64,000 bases of DNA from Patescibacteria group bacterium. Lineage in GTDB: Bacteria; Patescibacteriota; Minisyncoccia; Moranbacterales; UBA2206. The notes below the pieces were generated by a model. The model did no database searches and was not told the DNA's origin. It saw only the letters and a program-made list of their open reading frames with translations. Of this stretch, positions 1 through 8,820 are shown piece after piece. The position numbers and the translations under genes are program-made. Positions within the stretch are counted from its first letter, which is position 1. Each line of letters begins with the position of its first letter. Where the stretch lies: NCBI GenBank assembly GCA_030837625.1, contig JAUPKF010000003.1:1596-65595 (forward strand). Reading direction: 5' to 3'.

Positions 1-271
1 AAATAAAGCCGGCAAAGAATCCGGCTAACTTGCTCCTAAAGAAATCTTTTCCCAAGAAGTACACAACCGTCGCCGACAAGATAGAAAATATGCCCGGAAA
101 AATATGGGCGGCCGTTTCGGAAACTTCCCAAAAGCGGAATGCCAGCGCGGTCAGCCAGATCATAACGGGCGGTTTTTCAAACCACAGACTTCCTTTCCAA
201 TGTAAAGTCAGATACGAATTGTCCGCCAAACTTTCCTTGGCAATTTGACTGTACGTCGCCTCGTCCCCCAT
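1..271 (-). CDS. Glycosyltransferase family 39/83 (ArnT/PMT-like), N-terminal part; the gene runs off the window edge
   Basis: My own translation of the minus strand from the ATG at 271..269 gives MGDEATYSQIAKESLADNSYLTLHWKGSLWFEKPPVMIWLTALAFRFWEV... This contains the N-terminal FEKPPL(M/Y)YWL-type motif characteristic of ArnT/PMT-family glycosyltransferases. It is absent from the ORF track, presumably because it is truncated by the window edge. The track ORF 30..248 (+) is the antisense of this gene. Confidence 0.6.
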   Translation of the reverse strand, partial: MGDEATYSQIAKESLADNSYLTLHWKGSLWFEKPPVMIWLTALAFRFWEVSETAAHIFPGIFSILSATVVYFLGKDFFRSKLAGFFAGFI

Positions 272-329
272 AAAACTGCCGGAACTTTTGTAGAAAATAA
301 TAAAAAGCCCGTATACAACGAGCGCTACA

Positions 330-430
330 CCCCCACACCAATTGCAAGAATAGTATTTAAAAAACAAACGAGATCGCATACGTCCGTATTTCAACCCGTA
401 AACGTTGAGTAATCGAAACAATTGGTGTGG
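330..430. repeat. Long hairpin: 15-bp perfect inverted repeat (CCCCCACACCAATTG / CAATTGGTGTGGGGG) around a ~70-nt loop
   Basis: Exact reverse-complement arms are seen at ~330-344 and ~415-429. The hairpin lies in the intergenic region between the methyltransferase gene and the glycosyltransferase gene, both on the minus strand. Confidence 0.5.
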
Positions 431-465
431 GGGTAAATTCCGGATAAAAAAGCTGGCCTTTTTTA

Positions 466-1023
466 TCATTTGATAAGTTCCAGACCCCAGTGAAAATTAC
501 TTATCTTCAATTCCCGAATGACTGACAGCGAATTCTTTCTGGCGATCTCCGTTATTTCATTTTGAGAAACTTTTTTTGCCGCTTCCGGTCCAAAGGCGGC
601 CTCCTCGTCACTCCATTCTGCGACCAGCACTCTTCCTCCACCTTTGAGCACTCTCTTGACTTCGGCCATTATGGCGGATTTATCGTCATTCATAAAAAGC
701 ATATTGACCAGAATTACCCAGTCGCAACTGGCGGTTTCCAGCCCCGATCCATTCTTTCTTTCTAAATTAACCCTTTTAGTGATAATATTAGTCAATCCCA
801 TAATCTTGGCTTGGCTTTCCACTGATTCCAGTTTTTGCTTCAAAATATCCAAGGCGTAAACTGTTCCCCCTTGCCCTATTTTTTTCGCCAAAGGCAAAGA
901 AAAATATCCAGTGCCGCAACCGAAATCGGCCGCCACGCACCCCAAAGGAATTTCCATCCGCTCGATTATTTCCGAAGGATTGATAAACCTCGCGCCATAA
1001 CTTATTTCATTTTCTTTGGACAT
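466..1023 (-). CDS. Class I SAM-dependent methyltransferase
   Basis: The 185-aa ORF has the methyltransferase motif I ...VAADFGCGTGYFSLPLA... and a Rossmann-like layout. Confidence 0.7.
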   Translation of the reverse strand: MSKENEISYGARFINPSEIIERMEIPLGCVAADFGCGTGYFSLPLAKKIGQGGTVYALDILKQKLESVESQAKIMGLTNIITKRVNLERKNGSGLETASCDWVILVNMLFMNDDKSAIMAEVKRVLKGGGRVLVAEWSDEEAAFGPEAAKKVSQNEITEIARKNSLSVIRELKISNFHWGLELIK

Positions 1024-1118
1024 AAGATATGTTTTTATTTTTCACATTTATTCTACAACAAAACAACCAAACCGACAACGGTTGATAATATTGTAATATT
1101 CTTGTAGATTAGAGAAAT

Positions 1119-1205
1119 GGAAGAGTGGCCGAGTGGTTGAAGGCGCGACTCTCGAAAAGTCGTAAGGCAGAAATGCCTTCGTGAGTTCGAATCTCACCTC
1201 TTCCG
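1119..1205 (+). tRNA. tRNA-Ser (anticodon CGA), with a long variable arm
   Basis: Sequence is GGAAGAGTGGCCGAGTGGTTGAAGGCGCGACTCTCGAAAAGTCGTAAGGCAGAAATGCCTTCGTGAGTTCGAATCTCACCTCTTCCG. The 7-bp acceptor stem is GGAAGAG/CTCTTCC, the anticodon loop is CT-CGA-AA, there is a long extra arm, and the T-loop is GTTCGAATC. Confidence 0.85.
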
Positions 1206-1211
1206 CGATCT

Positions 1212-1880
1212 TTATAAACTAACGTACTTCACTGGCAGGACTTTGCGAAATATGCCGGCGATAAGGATTGAGTCGGATTTATGGATGAAAATCGGCTGAT
1301 GGATCGTGTTGGTTGATTTGGGAAAAAGACCAATAATTTCGTCGCTGACTTTTTTATACCGTTTGATCGTCGCCATCCCGTTGATCACTGCCACCACTAT
1401 TTTGCCTTCCAATTCTTCGCCTTTAGAGTAATCGTACTTTTCAAAAATGGCGTAATCTCCGTCGCTGATGTTTTCTTTGTCCATCGAGTCTCCCAAAGCT
1501 TTCACCGCGAAAAGCTTGGCTGAGTCGGAGCCGCGAAAAAGCGATTTGGAAATTTGCAAAAATCCGTCCACATTGTCTTCGGCGTAAGCCAGAGCTTCCC
1601 CGCAAGATGCCAAGCCGTAAACCGGCACGGAAAAAATATTTTTCAAATTAGCATAATTATCATTCTCCACGATATACAGCTTCCTGTTTTCATCGCGCTT
1701 CACCAAATCTTTTTTCTCCAACGCCTCGATCACTTGCATCACCGACTTCAAGCTGTCGCCGATTCCCCTGGCTTCCATGGCTTTTTGCAATTTGTAGCTG
1801 GTGGGATTTTTTTTATGTTCTTCAACATACTCCCGAAGAAATTCAAGGGTGCTTTGTTGCTTGGCGGTAAGTCTTTGCAT
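1212..1880 (-). CDS. lexA: LexA repressor (winged-HTH plus S24 peptidase domain)
   Basis: The 222-aa ORF has an N-terminal HTH region. The C-terminal S24 domain carries a G-D-S-M active-site Ser motif (…KALGDSMDKE…) and a Lys (…ATIKRYKK…). Confidence 0.85.
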   Translation of the reverse strand: MQRLTAKQQSTLEFLREYVEEHKKNPTSYKLQKAMEARGIGDSLKSVMQVIEALEKKDLVKRDENRKLYIVENDNYANLKNIFSVPVYGLASCGEALAYAEDNVDGFLQISKSLFRGSDSAKLFAVKALGDSMDKENISDGDYAIFEKYDYSKGEELEGKIVVAVINGMATIKRYKKVSDEIIGLFPKSTNTIHQPIFIHKSDSILIAGIFRKVLPVKYVSL

Positions 1881-1885
1881 TTTTT

Positions 1886-1995
1886 TGACCGATACGAATC
1901 TACGAATTTATTCGAATTCACAAATCTACGAATAGCTACGAATAAAAATTCGTAAATTCGCAGATTCGGATGCATTCGTTGATTCGAATCGCGTT
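1886..1995 (-). promoter_or_regulatory. Copy A of the ~110-bp repeated leader element, ending directly at the lexA start
   Basis: The reverse complement of 1886-1995 is about 95% identical to 25288-25397 and 28419-28530. The element is rich in ATTCG/TACGAA units. A TATAAT hexamer lies just upstream on the minus strand at ~2005-2010. Confidence 0.5.
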
Positions 1996-2084
1996 TATCG
2001 ATTATAATGATATCCTAGCACTGCTTCTTCATCACCGCAAGAGATGACTTATCCACAGCCCGCAAAAAAACGGGGAATCCCCGT

Positions 2085-2120
2085 TTTTCTGTTTTATGTT
2101 TCATGTTGCGTGTTTCATGC
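2085..2120. repeat. Hairpin built from tandem CATGAAA/TTTCATG units plus an adjacent GGGGATTCCCC terminator hairpin
   Basis: Sequence is tgttttatgtttcatgttgcgtgtttcatgc. The upstream aaaaacggggaatccccgttttt hairpin acts as an intrinsic terminator in both orientations. Confidence 0.5.
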
Positions 2121-3082
2121 TATTCCCCGCAGCTGCCGCCTTCAGCCGTCGCCGTTTCAACCCCAAGCACGGTAGCGCATTCCTCCGGCGCTTCATTGAA
2201 CGCGTTGCAAATCGCCTGCTTATAGCTCTCCGAATCGCCGTATTTACGCACCGCTTTGGTTGAAGATCCATTGATCATCATCGTCGGCGATCCGGTCGCT
2301 TTGGCGTCACCGGAAGATTTTTCGTCAGCTTGCATAAGTTTCAAGCCTTCAGAGGTTACGCAAGAATTAATTTTTGCGGTATCTATTGAAAGACTCTTCG
2401 CGCCATCCTCCCAACATAACCCGTCGCTGCCGCAGTTGGCATTGACATAGGTCACGAATTCCATCCATTTGTCCTTGCCGTAGTTTTTCATCACGCAAGC
2501 TTCTCTCTCGTTTTGCGCCACTTCTTTTTCGCCGTGTAGTGATTGTATCTTGCCGTCTTTTGTGTTGACAATGTAGCGGAAATTAAAATCGACTTTATTT
2601 TTCAAAAGCTCATACGCCGGCTTCAGAGTATCTTCGGCTTTGTTTCCGTACGGACAAAAGCTCATCACGTACAAATCGACTTGGGGCTTGTCGGATTTGG
2701 GAACATTTTTTTCCGCTTCTTCCTCGGCGGCCTTAGCTTCCACCGCCTTCTTTTCAGTTTCTTCTATATCCATCACGCTGGGAAAAAATTTCTTGCCATC
2801 CTTGGTCATATACGCCGTGATGCTCTGGCCGCTCACATCCAGTTCAAACTTATACAATCCGTTTTCTTCCGTAATATTCTTCACTTCCACCTTTGTCCCT
2901 GGTTGAACCAGGTTTTTGTCGATAAACTCCAAAGCTTTTATTTTGGCTTCTTCCGGTGTCAACTCTTCTGTTTTATCCTTTGAAGCCACATTCAAAAAAC
3001 CTGTCTTTCCCATATCCAGTTTATACCCCGCCATCAGCGCCGCTACAAAAACTATAGCCACGATCAGAAGTATCTTTTTCAT
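2120..3082 (-). CDS. Membrane-anchored thioredoxin-fold (DsbA-like) protein
   Basis: The 320-aa ORF has an N-terminal TM helix. The C-terminal region has a thioredoxin-fold-like segment containing ...YVMSFCPYGNKAED.... The second active-site Cys is not obvious, so the product call is tentative. Confidence 0.45.
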   Translation of the reverse strand: MKKILLIVAIVFVAALMAGYKLDMGKTGFLNVASKDKTEELTPEEAKIKALEFIDKNLVQPGTKVEVKNITEENGLYKFELDVSGQSITAYMTKDGKKFFPSVMDIEETEKKAVEAKAAEEEAEKNVPKSDKPQVDLYVMSFCPYGNKAEDTLKPAYELLKNKVDFNFRYIVNTKDGKIQSLHGEKEVAQNEREACVMKNYGKDKWMEFVTYVNANCGSDGLCWEDGAKSLSIDTAKINSCVTSEGLKLMQADEKSSGDAKATGSPTMMINGSSTKAVRKYGDSESYKQAICNAFNEAPEECATVLGVETATAEGGSCGE

Positions 3083-3087
3083 AATTT

Positions 3088-3180
3088 ATAGAACATGAAA
3101 CATACAACATGAAACATAAACCATAAAAACAGTGATCTTTTTTTATGTTACGTGTTATGTGTTACGCGTTATGTGATTCA
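3088..3180. repeat. Intergenic hairpin region built from CATGAAA and CACGTAA-type tandem units
   Basis: Sequence is aacatgaaacatacaacatgaaacataaacc ... gttacgtgttatgtgttacgcgttatgtg. The arms can pair with G:U wobbles. Confidence 0.5.
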
Positions 3181-3224
3181 GTTACCGTCCAATCATACAC
3201 CAGTATTTATTTTTAGGCAAAAAA

Positions 3225-3266
3225 AGAGGGAGCCTTCGTATGCGCGATGCGTACACGATGCTCCCA
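3225..3266 (-). terminator. Intrinsic terminator for the 3313..3636 gene
   Basis: On the minus strand the sequence reads GGGAGC-aucguguacgcaucgcgcauacgaag-GCUCCC followed by UCUUUUUUU. Confidence 0.55.
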
Positions 3267-3312
3267 TGACTTGGTACATTTCGTATTCACCTTGTTAACT
3301 CCTTTCTGCCCG

Positions 3313-3636
3313 CTATGCGTAGGCTCCCGCTGACCGATGCGAACTGAATCGATCAATTGGGTTTTGGATTAAAAAAACTTCGATCTCGTGGGCAGGCGGT
3401 CGCTCGGGAGAAAGACACATACTCCTATACTTGCAAGTTACTTGGTCGCAATAGCCATTTGACCTGCCAAAGCACGGAAAATTTTTCTCCCGTTCCTGCC
3501 TGGCTCTGTAAATTGGCACTAGTGCCAATACAATATGAACCGGACAAAGGCCATCGGTGAACCCATCTTCAGGATTACCATTACCCCACGTCCTGCCACA
3601 AAAGAAACATCTACTCTTGGGATTCAACCCGTTCAT
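3313..3636 (-). CDS. Small Cys-rich (rubredoxin-/zinc-ribbon-like) protein of unknown function, with atypical composition
   Basis: The 107-aa ORF has a strong SD (ggcAAGGAGGatgccATG). It contains CFFCG...(18 aa)...LCPVH, which resembles a rubredoxin knuckle pair, plus further Cys residues. The protein is R/G/P/C-rich, unlike the K/E/I-rich neighbours. It is followed by its own terminator. Confidence 0.4.
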   Translation of the reverse strand: MNGLNPKSRCFFCGRTWGNGNPEDGFTDGLCPVHIVLALVPIYRARQEREKNFPCFGRSNGYCDQVTCKYRSMCLSPERPPAHEIEVFLIQNPIDRFSSHRSAGAYA

Positions 3637-4045
3637 GGCATCCTCCTTGCCAAAAAAAGTTGAAAGCCTTCCACCAAACTGCTTCGCTTCAAAAGACTAA
3701 AAATAATCTCCTGAAATCAAGCAGTTTGGCTCGCCCCGACGTTATTCTTTGGGGCTTATATGAGGCACAACTTATGCCAGTTTTTCAAAGAGCTATTTTC
3801 TACCCCGAACGCTCTATTATAGCACATTTTGAAGAAAAAAGCAAATAAAAAAGGCCACGCCTAAGTGTGCCTCCGAAATGACAACGTTACTTTTTTCCGC
3901 AAAAAGTATCCCATGCCAGTAAATTAAAATTTATGTTTATTTTAATCCCCGTCGATTACCTGCTATTTGATTCAAAATGTCCTGACTTCCCGTTTCTCTA
4001 TTATATAAAACCAAGAGATACGCGCAAGGAAAGTTATCCACAACC

Positions 4046-4112
4046 ACTTTACGAACTACGAAATAAGCAAAATACGAAACGTTGAAACACCGTTTCGTAT
4101 TTTCGTAGTTCA
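4046..4112. repeat. Perfect hairpin of TACGAA units immediately after the uvrB stop (terminator-like)
   Basis: Sequence is gaactacgaaataagcaaaatacgaaacg-ttgaaacac-cgtttcgtattttcgtagttc, then further tttcgtatttcgtaa. Confidence 0.55.
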
Positions 4113-4113
4113 T

Positions 4114-6201
4114 TTATTTCGTATTTCGTAAAACCTGTAATTTTCTTAACTCCCCAATTTCATCTCTTATAATAGCCGCGCGCTCAAACTGAAGACTGCG
4201 CGCGGCGTCTTTCATTTCTTTTTCTTTTTGCTTGATATATCCACTGATATCTTCCAAAGTTTCCAACTCGGTAAAATCGCGCGAAACTTGCGGGTTGATT
4301 TCGTGGTCGACGATCGATTGGATTTTCTTTTTTATCGTGCGCGGAGTAATTTTATGTTTCCGGTTATATTCCATCTGCAACGCGCGCCGCCTATTTGTCT
4401 CATCAATGGCTCGGCGCATCGAACCGGTTACGGAATCGGCGTAAAGAATGACTTTTCCCCGCACGTTCCGAGCCGCCCGCCCGATAGTTTGAATGAGCGA
4501 TGTTTCGCTGCGCAAAAAACCTTCCTTGTCGGCGTCGAGAATCGCTACCAGTGACACTTCCGGCAAGTCCAAGCCTTCCCGAAGAAGATTTACCCCAACC
4601 AAAACATCAAATTCCCCGCGTCTGAGCTTTTCCAGAATTCTTATCCGGTCCAAAGTATCCACACCGCTATGCAAGTATTCCGCTTTTACTTTCGACTCTT
4701 TGAGAAAATCCGAAAGATCCTCGGCCATTTTTTTGGTCAGAGTTGTAATGAGCACCCGTTCTTTGCGCGCGATTATTTCCTTGATTTCCTCCGTCACGTC
4801 CTTCACCTGTCCTCTGGTCGGCTTTATCTCCAGCTCCGGATCAATCAATCCCGTCGGCCGAATGATTTGTTCTACCACGCCCGGTGGATTTGAATTTGGG
4901 ATTTTGGATTTGGGATTTTGGATTTGGGATTTAAGAACTTCGTAATTACCCGGGGTAGCTGATACAAATATAGCTTTATTTATTTTACGCTCAAACTCAT
5001 CAAATCTTAACGGTCTGTTGTCAAACGCGCTCGGCAAACGAAAACCGTTTTCCACTAAAGAAACTTTCCGCGAATGATCGCCATTGTACATCCCATTGAG
5101 CTGGGGAACCGTCACGTGCGATTCATCGATAACTAAAAGAAAATCCTTGGCGAAATAATCAATGAGAGTATACGGCGCTTCGCCCGGCGCGCGATCAGTA
5201 AGAAAACGAGAATAGTTTTCAATGCCGTTGCAATAGCCGATTTCGCGCATCATCTCAATGTCTTGCCTGGTTCGGCGTCGCAAACGCTCCGCCTCCAAAA
5301 GTTTATTTTGTTTTTTCAAATATTCCACTCTCTCATCCAGTTCTTTTTCGATTTCACCCATCGCGCTTTCCATCACTGGTTCGGGCACCACGAAATGTTT
5401 GGCGGGATAAATGACCGCTTTTTGCAAGTTTCCCAGCTCTTCCCCTGTCAAAAAATCATACTCGACAATCTTACTGATTTTATCTCCTACCATAGATACT
5501 CGCGTTATTACTTCCCGCCCGGGCGTCATAATTTCTAAAGTCGGACCAGTCAGACGGAATTTCCCACGCAAAAGAACATCACTGCGAGCATACTGCATAT
5601 CGATTAATTTTTTCACAATTTCATCCCTGCTCATCCGTAGGGGCGGTTCATGAACCGCCCCTACGCCGTGGCTGACAGCCAATTCCAACGTGATATCCCG
5701 ATAATATTCCGGACTGCCCAAACCGTATATGCAAGAAACCGAGGCGCAAATAATCACGTCTTTTCGCGCCATCAAAGCGGCCGTGGCGGCATGGCGCAAA
5801 CGGTCGATCTCGTCGTTAATCTGCGATTCTTTCTCGATGTAAGTGTCAGTGGAAGCAATGTAGGCTTCCGGCTGATAATAGTCATAGTACGACACGAAAT
5901 ATTCCACGGCGTTTTTTGGAAAAAATGTCCGGAACTCCTGCGCCAATTGCGCCGCCAGGGTCTTGTTGGGCGCGATGACCAACGTCGGTTTTTGCGTTTT
6001 CTCAATAACATTGGCAATCGTAAAAGTCTTCCCCGACCCCGTCACGCCCAAAAGCGTCTGGAATTTTTGATTATTTTCCAAACCCTTCACCAACTGCGAA
6101 ATCGCCCTTGGCTGATCACCTTCGGGTTTGAACTTGGAATTTATTTTAAAAATATTATTTATAGTTTTCCCTGTGTTACGTGTTACGCGACCCTCCTCCA
6201 A
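4114..6201 (-). CDS. uvrB: Excinuclease ABC subunit B (UvrB)
   Basis: The 695-aa ORF has the Walker A motif [11 protein letters not shown], UvrB helicase motifs and a C-terminal UvrB/UvrC interaction region. The true start may lie a few codons downstream of 6201. An in-frame low-complexity insertion is present (see the repeat at 4884-4936). Confidence 0.95.
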   Translation of the reverse strand: MEEGRVTRNTGKTINNIFKINSKFKPEGDQPRAISQLVKGLENNQKFQTLLGVTGSGKTFTIANVIEKTQKPTLVIAPNKTLAAQLAQEFRTFFPKNAVEYFVSYYDYYQPEAYIASTDTYIEKESQINDEIDRLRHAATAALMARKDVIICASVSCIYGLGSPEYYRDITLELAVSHGVGAVHEPPLRMSRDEIVKKLIDMQYARSDVLLRGKFRLTGPTLEIMTPGREVITRVSMVGDKISKIVEYDFLTGEELGNLQKAVIYPAKHFVVPEPVMESAMGEIEKELDERVEYLKKQNKLLEAERLRRRTRQDIEMMREIGYCNGIENYSRFLTDRAPGEAPYTLIDYFAKDFLLVIDESHVTVPQLNGMYNGDHSRKVSLVENGFRLPSAFDNRPLRFDEFERKINKAIFVSATPGNYEVLKSQIQNPKSKIPNSNPPGVVEQIIRPTGLIDPELEIKPTRGQVKDVTEEIKEIIARKERVLITTLTKKMAEDLSDFLKESKVKAEYLHSGVDTLDRIRILEKLRRGEFDVLVGVNLLREGLDLPEVSLVAILDADKEGFLRSETSLIQTIGRAARNVRGKVILYADSVTGSMRRAIDETNRRRALQMEYNRKHKITPRTIKKKIQSIVDHEINPQVSRDFTELETLEDISGYIKQKEKEMKDAARSLQFERAAIIRDEIGELRKLQVLRNTK
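4884..4936. repeat. In-frame tandem repeat (GGATTTTGGATTTGG)n inside uvrB
   Basis: Sequence is ggtggatttgaatttgggattttggatttgggattttggatttgggatttaag. It encodes ...[17 protein letters not shown]... inside UvrB. Confidence 0.7.
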
Positions 6202-6953
6202 ACCATCCTCGCGTCCGCTTTTTTCATCCGGTGAAGGAGAAAGCCCAGAAGCAAGAAGACCAAAGCGGCGTCGACAATCGCGCCGTAGGGAAAAATCGCC
6301 ATAATATTATACGCGCCGTGGACAAACGACGCAATGGCGAGTCCTTTCAAGATCAATATTTTTTTGCCTGAAGAAGAAAATTTAGCGCGGCCAAGATAGA
6401 GACCGACGATTCCCGCCGCCGTGATATGCAAGAAAGTCGCCAGCACTCCTCGCGCGAAAACGATCGAGAAGAAATCAATTGAGTAAGCGTATTCCTGAAA
6501 AATATCGTAAAAATAAAAAGAGTTTTCCGCGAAAGAAAAACCCAGCGCCGTCGACACCCCGTAAATTATTCCATCCCCAATCTGATTGAAAGCTTCTTTT
6601 TTGTACACCGCCGCCCGGAGACCCAGATATTTCAAGGTTTCCTCGATTGGACCGGCCAAAAACAAGGTAAACAAAAACGCCAGAACAACTTCCGGCGAAT
6701 TGCTCAAAACCTCCGGGGTGCTTTGATAAAAGAGATCGTCTATCCCGCTCAGATTCGGCCAGGCTGCGCCTTCAACCGCGATTTCGATTACTCCGGCTAT
6801 AAGAGAAACGACAATTCCGAAAAGAAAAGTTTTCAGTAAAAGCCTTTTCGGTTCCGGTTCGTCCCGGTCTTTTTCCCGAAAATACCAAAACCAAAACAGA
6901 ACCGGAAAAACCACGACCAGAAGATAAGCAAAAAGGAGAATGGATACTTTCAT
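6183..6953 (-). CDS. PrsW-family intramembrane metalloprotease
   Basis: The 256-aa ORF has multiple TM helices. PrsW motifs are present: ...GPIEETLKY (EExxK), ...TFLHITAAG (FxxxH) and ...VHGAYN (HxxxN). It overlaps the uvrB 5' end by ~19 nt. Confidence 0.7.
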   Translation of the reverse strand: MKVSILLFAYLLVVVFPVLFWFWYFREKDRDEPEPKRLLLKTFLFGIVVSLIAGVIEIAVEGAAWPNLSGIDDLFYQSTPEVLSNSPEVVLAFLFTLFLAGPIEETLKYLGLRAAVYKKEAFNQIGDGIIYGVSTALGFSFAENSFYFYDIFQEYAYSIDFFSIVFARGVLATFLHITAAGIVGLYLGRAKFSSSGKKILILKGLAIASFVHGAYNIMAIFPYGAIVDAALVFLLLGFLLHRMKKADARMVWRRVA

Positions 6954-7370
6954 TTAGTTCAACGAATTCACGAAAAGATGTCCCATATATCCGACCGCGG
7001 CGTTGTCGCGAAAATTAAGATAGAGCGAAAGGCCAAGCCCGATAACCATAAATATTGCCGACAAAACCATCCCGGCCAGTCCCAAGGTTCGAGCGCCCCT
7101 GTCTTTGGCAATAGCTCCCATAATTATTCCCAAGACTCCGAAAAGGAGCGGAATAAAAACTAAAGAAATTCCGGCGCAAATGACGGAAACTATTCCTTGC
7201 GGGTTTCCGTTGTTATCTCCAGGCGTTTCTACCGGAAGACCTTCAGCGATATAATCCGTTTGGTTGTTTTCCTTTTTCATGTTCTGCAAGCCAAGATTAC
7301 TTACATCCAGTCGCGAAGACTCGTCTTTGTATTCTTCACTCCCCATCCCGTGAGAAAAATTCTCCTCCAT
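6954..7370 (-). CDS. Small membrane protein (DUF4190-like, two TM helices)
   Basis: The 138-aa ORF has C-terminal hydrophobic helices (GIVSVICAGISLVFIPLLFGVLGIIMGAIA...). It abuts the PrsW gene. Confidence 0.4.
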   Translation of the reverse strand: MEENFSHGMGSEEYKDESSRLDVSNLGLQNMKKENNQTDYIAEGLPVETPGDNNGNPQGIVSVICAGISLVFIPLLFGVLGIIMGAIAKDRGARTLGLAGMVLSAIFMVIGLGLSLYLNFRDNAAVGYMGHLFVNSLN

Positions 7371-7467
7371 TTTTTTGTTTTACTTTTTATTTTTACCCTT
7401 TAAAAATACCACAAACACCAAAAGGTCGCAATGGCAAACACCGTGCGTATTTTTATTTTTTACGCCT

Positions 7468-7827
7468 TCACATCTTCTCCAGCTCTTTTTTCATTCGGTC
7501 GTAATCTTCTTTGGTAATCTCGCCTTTGGCGTAACGTTTTTTGAGAATTTCCGTCGCGTCATCTTCCCTCGACCCGCGGTCATCCCGCATAAAATGCTTA
7601 GTGAAATAGATAATCGCGATAATCAGAGCTATCCAAAAAAGCAGGGAAATAATTCCGCCAAAAATTCCCAACCCCCAGCCGCCGCCCCAGCCCATCATTG
7701 GCATTCCCCACCAGCCTTGATTCCCATCTTGATAACCAAAACCCCCGCCCGGGCAAGCCTGGGCGAAACCGACCGGAGCAAGCGCCAGCGACGCAAAAGG
7801 AATTGATTTTATCTTAAAGTTACTCAT
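7468..7827 (-). CDS. Secreted/membrane protein with a Gly/Trp-rich region and a C-terminal SHOCT domain
   Basis: A C-terminal ...ILKKRYAKGEITKEDYDRMKKELEKM segment is the SHOCT motif. A signal-like N-terminus follows the Met at 7827. The track ORF extends to 7902. Confidence 0.55.
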   Translation of the reverse strand: MSNFKIKSIPFASLALAPVGFAQACPGGGFGYQDGNQGWWGMPMMGWGGGWGLGIFGGIISLLFWIALIIAIIYFTKHFMRDDRGSREDDATEILKKRYAKGEITKEDYDRMKKELEKM

Positions 7828-8142
7828 ACAAATGATACAACTTTCCGGCCTTCTTATTCCTTCAGAATTCATACTTCTTTGCTCACCTAAAACGCAAGAC
7901 AAAAAAAATAGACCCGACCAATAATTTCATAAGACTCAACTCATAGAGTTATTGAATTAAAAAACAAGCTAGGCTATAATTAAACTATACTCCGATGAAT
8001 AAGACAAAATCCAAAACCAAAGCTGAAAAGAGGGAAAAGAAAAAGACCAAGATGAAGGTTTCCGGGAAAAGCGTGTTTAAAATCAAGGGCCTAATCGCCA
8101 AAAAGCCGGTTTGACTTTCCCAAAAAGGCGTGATAGCCTATT

Positions 8143-8505
8143 ATGAGTTTTATGAAAATTATTCTTCACATCATCGCTAACGGCTTGGCCATTCTAGCGG
8201 CCGATTATATCGTCCCGGGCTTTTCTTTTAACGGATCCTGGAAAGAACTTTTGCTGGCGGGAGCCGTTTTGGGGATAGCCAATTCTTTGATAAAACCGAT
8301 CCTGACCCTTTTGACTTTCCCGCTGATTTTCTTGACTTTGGGACTTTTCGCCATAATAATCAACATAGCCATGCTTTTCCTGACCGCTCGCCTGGTGCCA
8401 GCGATTTCTATCAGCGGCTTTCTAGCGGGAGTGGGAGCGCTCATCATAATCAGTTTGGTCAACCACCTAATTTTCCACTTTGCCAAAGATGATAAAAAGG
8501 ATTAG
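8143..8505 (+). CDS. DUF360/holin-4-like small membrane protein (YvlD-like)
   Basis: The 120-aa ORF has four predicted TM segments and a sequence pattern typical of the DUF360 family. Confidence 0.55.
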   Translation: MSFMKIILHIIANGLAILAADYIVPGFSFNGSWKELLLAGAVLGIANSLIKPILTLLTFPLIFLTLGLFAIIINIAMLFLTARLVPAISISGFLAGVGALIIISLVNHLIFHFAKDDKKD

Positions 8506-8514
8506 AATAACTCA

Positions 8515-8742
8515 ATGCTAAAGACAATAAACATCATCGAGATAGTCATTGCCGTCGCGCTTACCGTTTCCATCTTGCTGCAAAACCGGGGCGCCGGACT
8601 TTCCGGCACATTTGGCGGAGACTTCGGAGGCTACTACACCAAGAGAGGCTTTGAGAAATTCCTGGCGGCTTTTTCCGTGCTTCTTTCAATTGCATTTATC
8701 GTTTTGGCCATAACCAGCCTTGTCATTGCTAATCGGTCTTAA
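8515..8742 (+). CDS. secG: Preprotein translocase subunit SecG
   Basis: The 75-aa ORF has two TM helices and the SecG signature ...LLQNRGAGLSGTFGG.... Confidence 0.8.
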   Translation: MLKTINIIEIVIAVALTVSILLQNRGAGLSGTFGGDFGGYYTKRGFEKFLAAFSVLLSIAFIVLAITSLVIANRS

Positions 8743-8820
8743 ACATTTAACCCGAACTATATTAGTAACTTCAACGGAAACAGGCGGCTATTTTTAGGAA
8801 ACTGGCCGAAAATAAACCAG

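Noticed and set aside
30-248. Track ORF 30..248 (+)
   Set aside because: It is antisense to a much better supported minus-strand glycosyltransferase N-terminus with a classic FEKPP motif.
3180-3660. RNase P RNA, SRP RNA, tmRNA or group II intron domain V in the GC-rich patch
   Set aside because: I tried to match the P4 (GGAAAGUCCGGGC / ACAGAAnCCGGCUUA), SRP helix 8 and domain V (GAGCnGUAUG...ACGUACGGUUC) consensus motifs on both strands. Only weak partial matches were found. The GAGCCUUCGUAUGCG...GCUC hairpin is better explained as the intrinsic terminator of the SD-bearing ORF.
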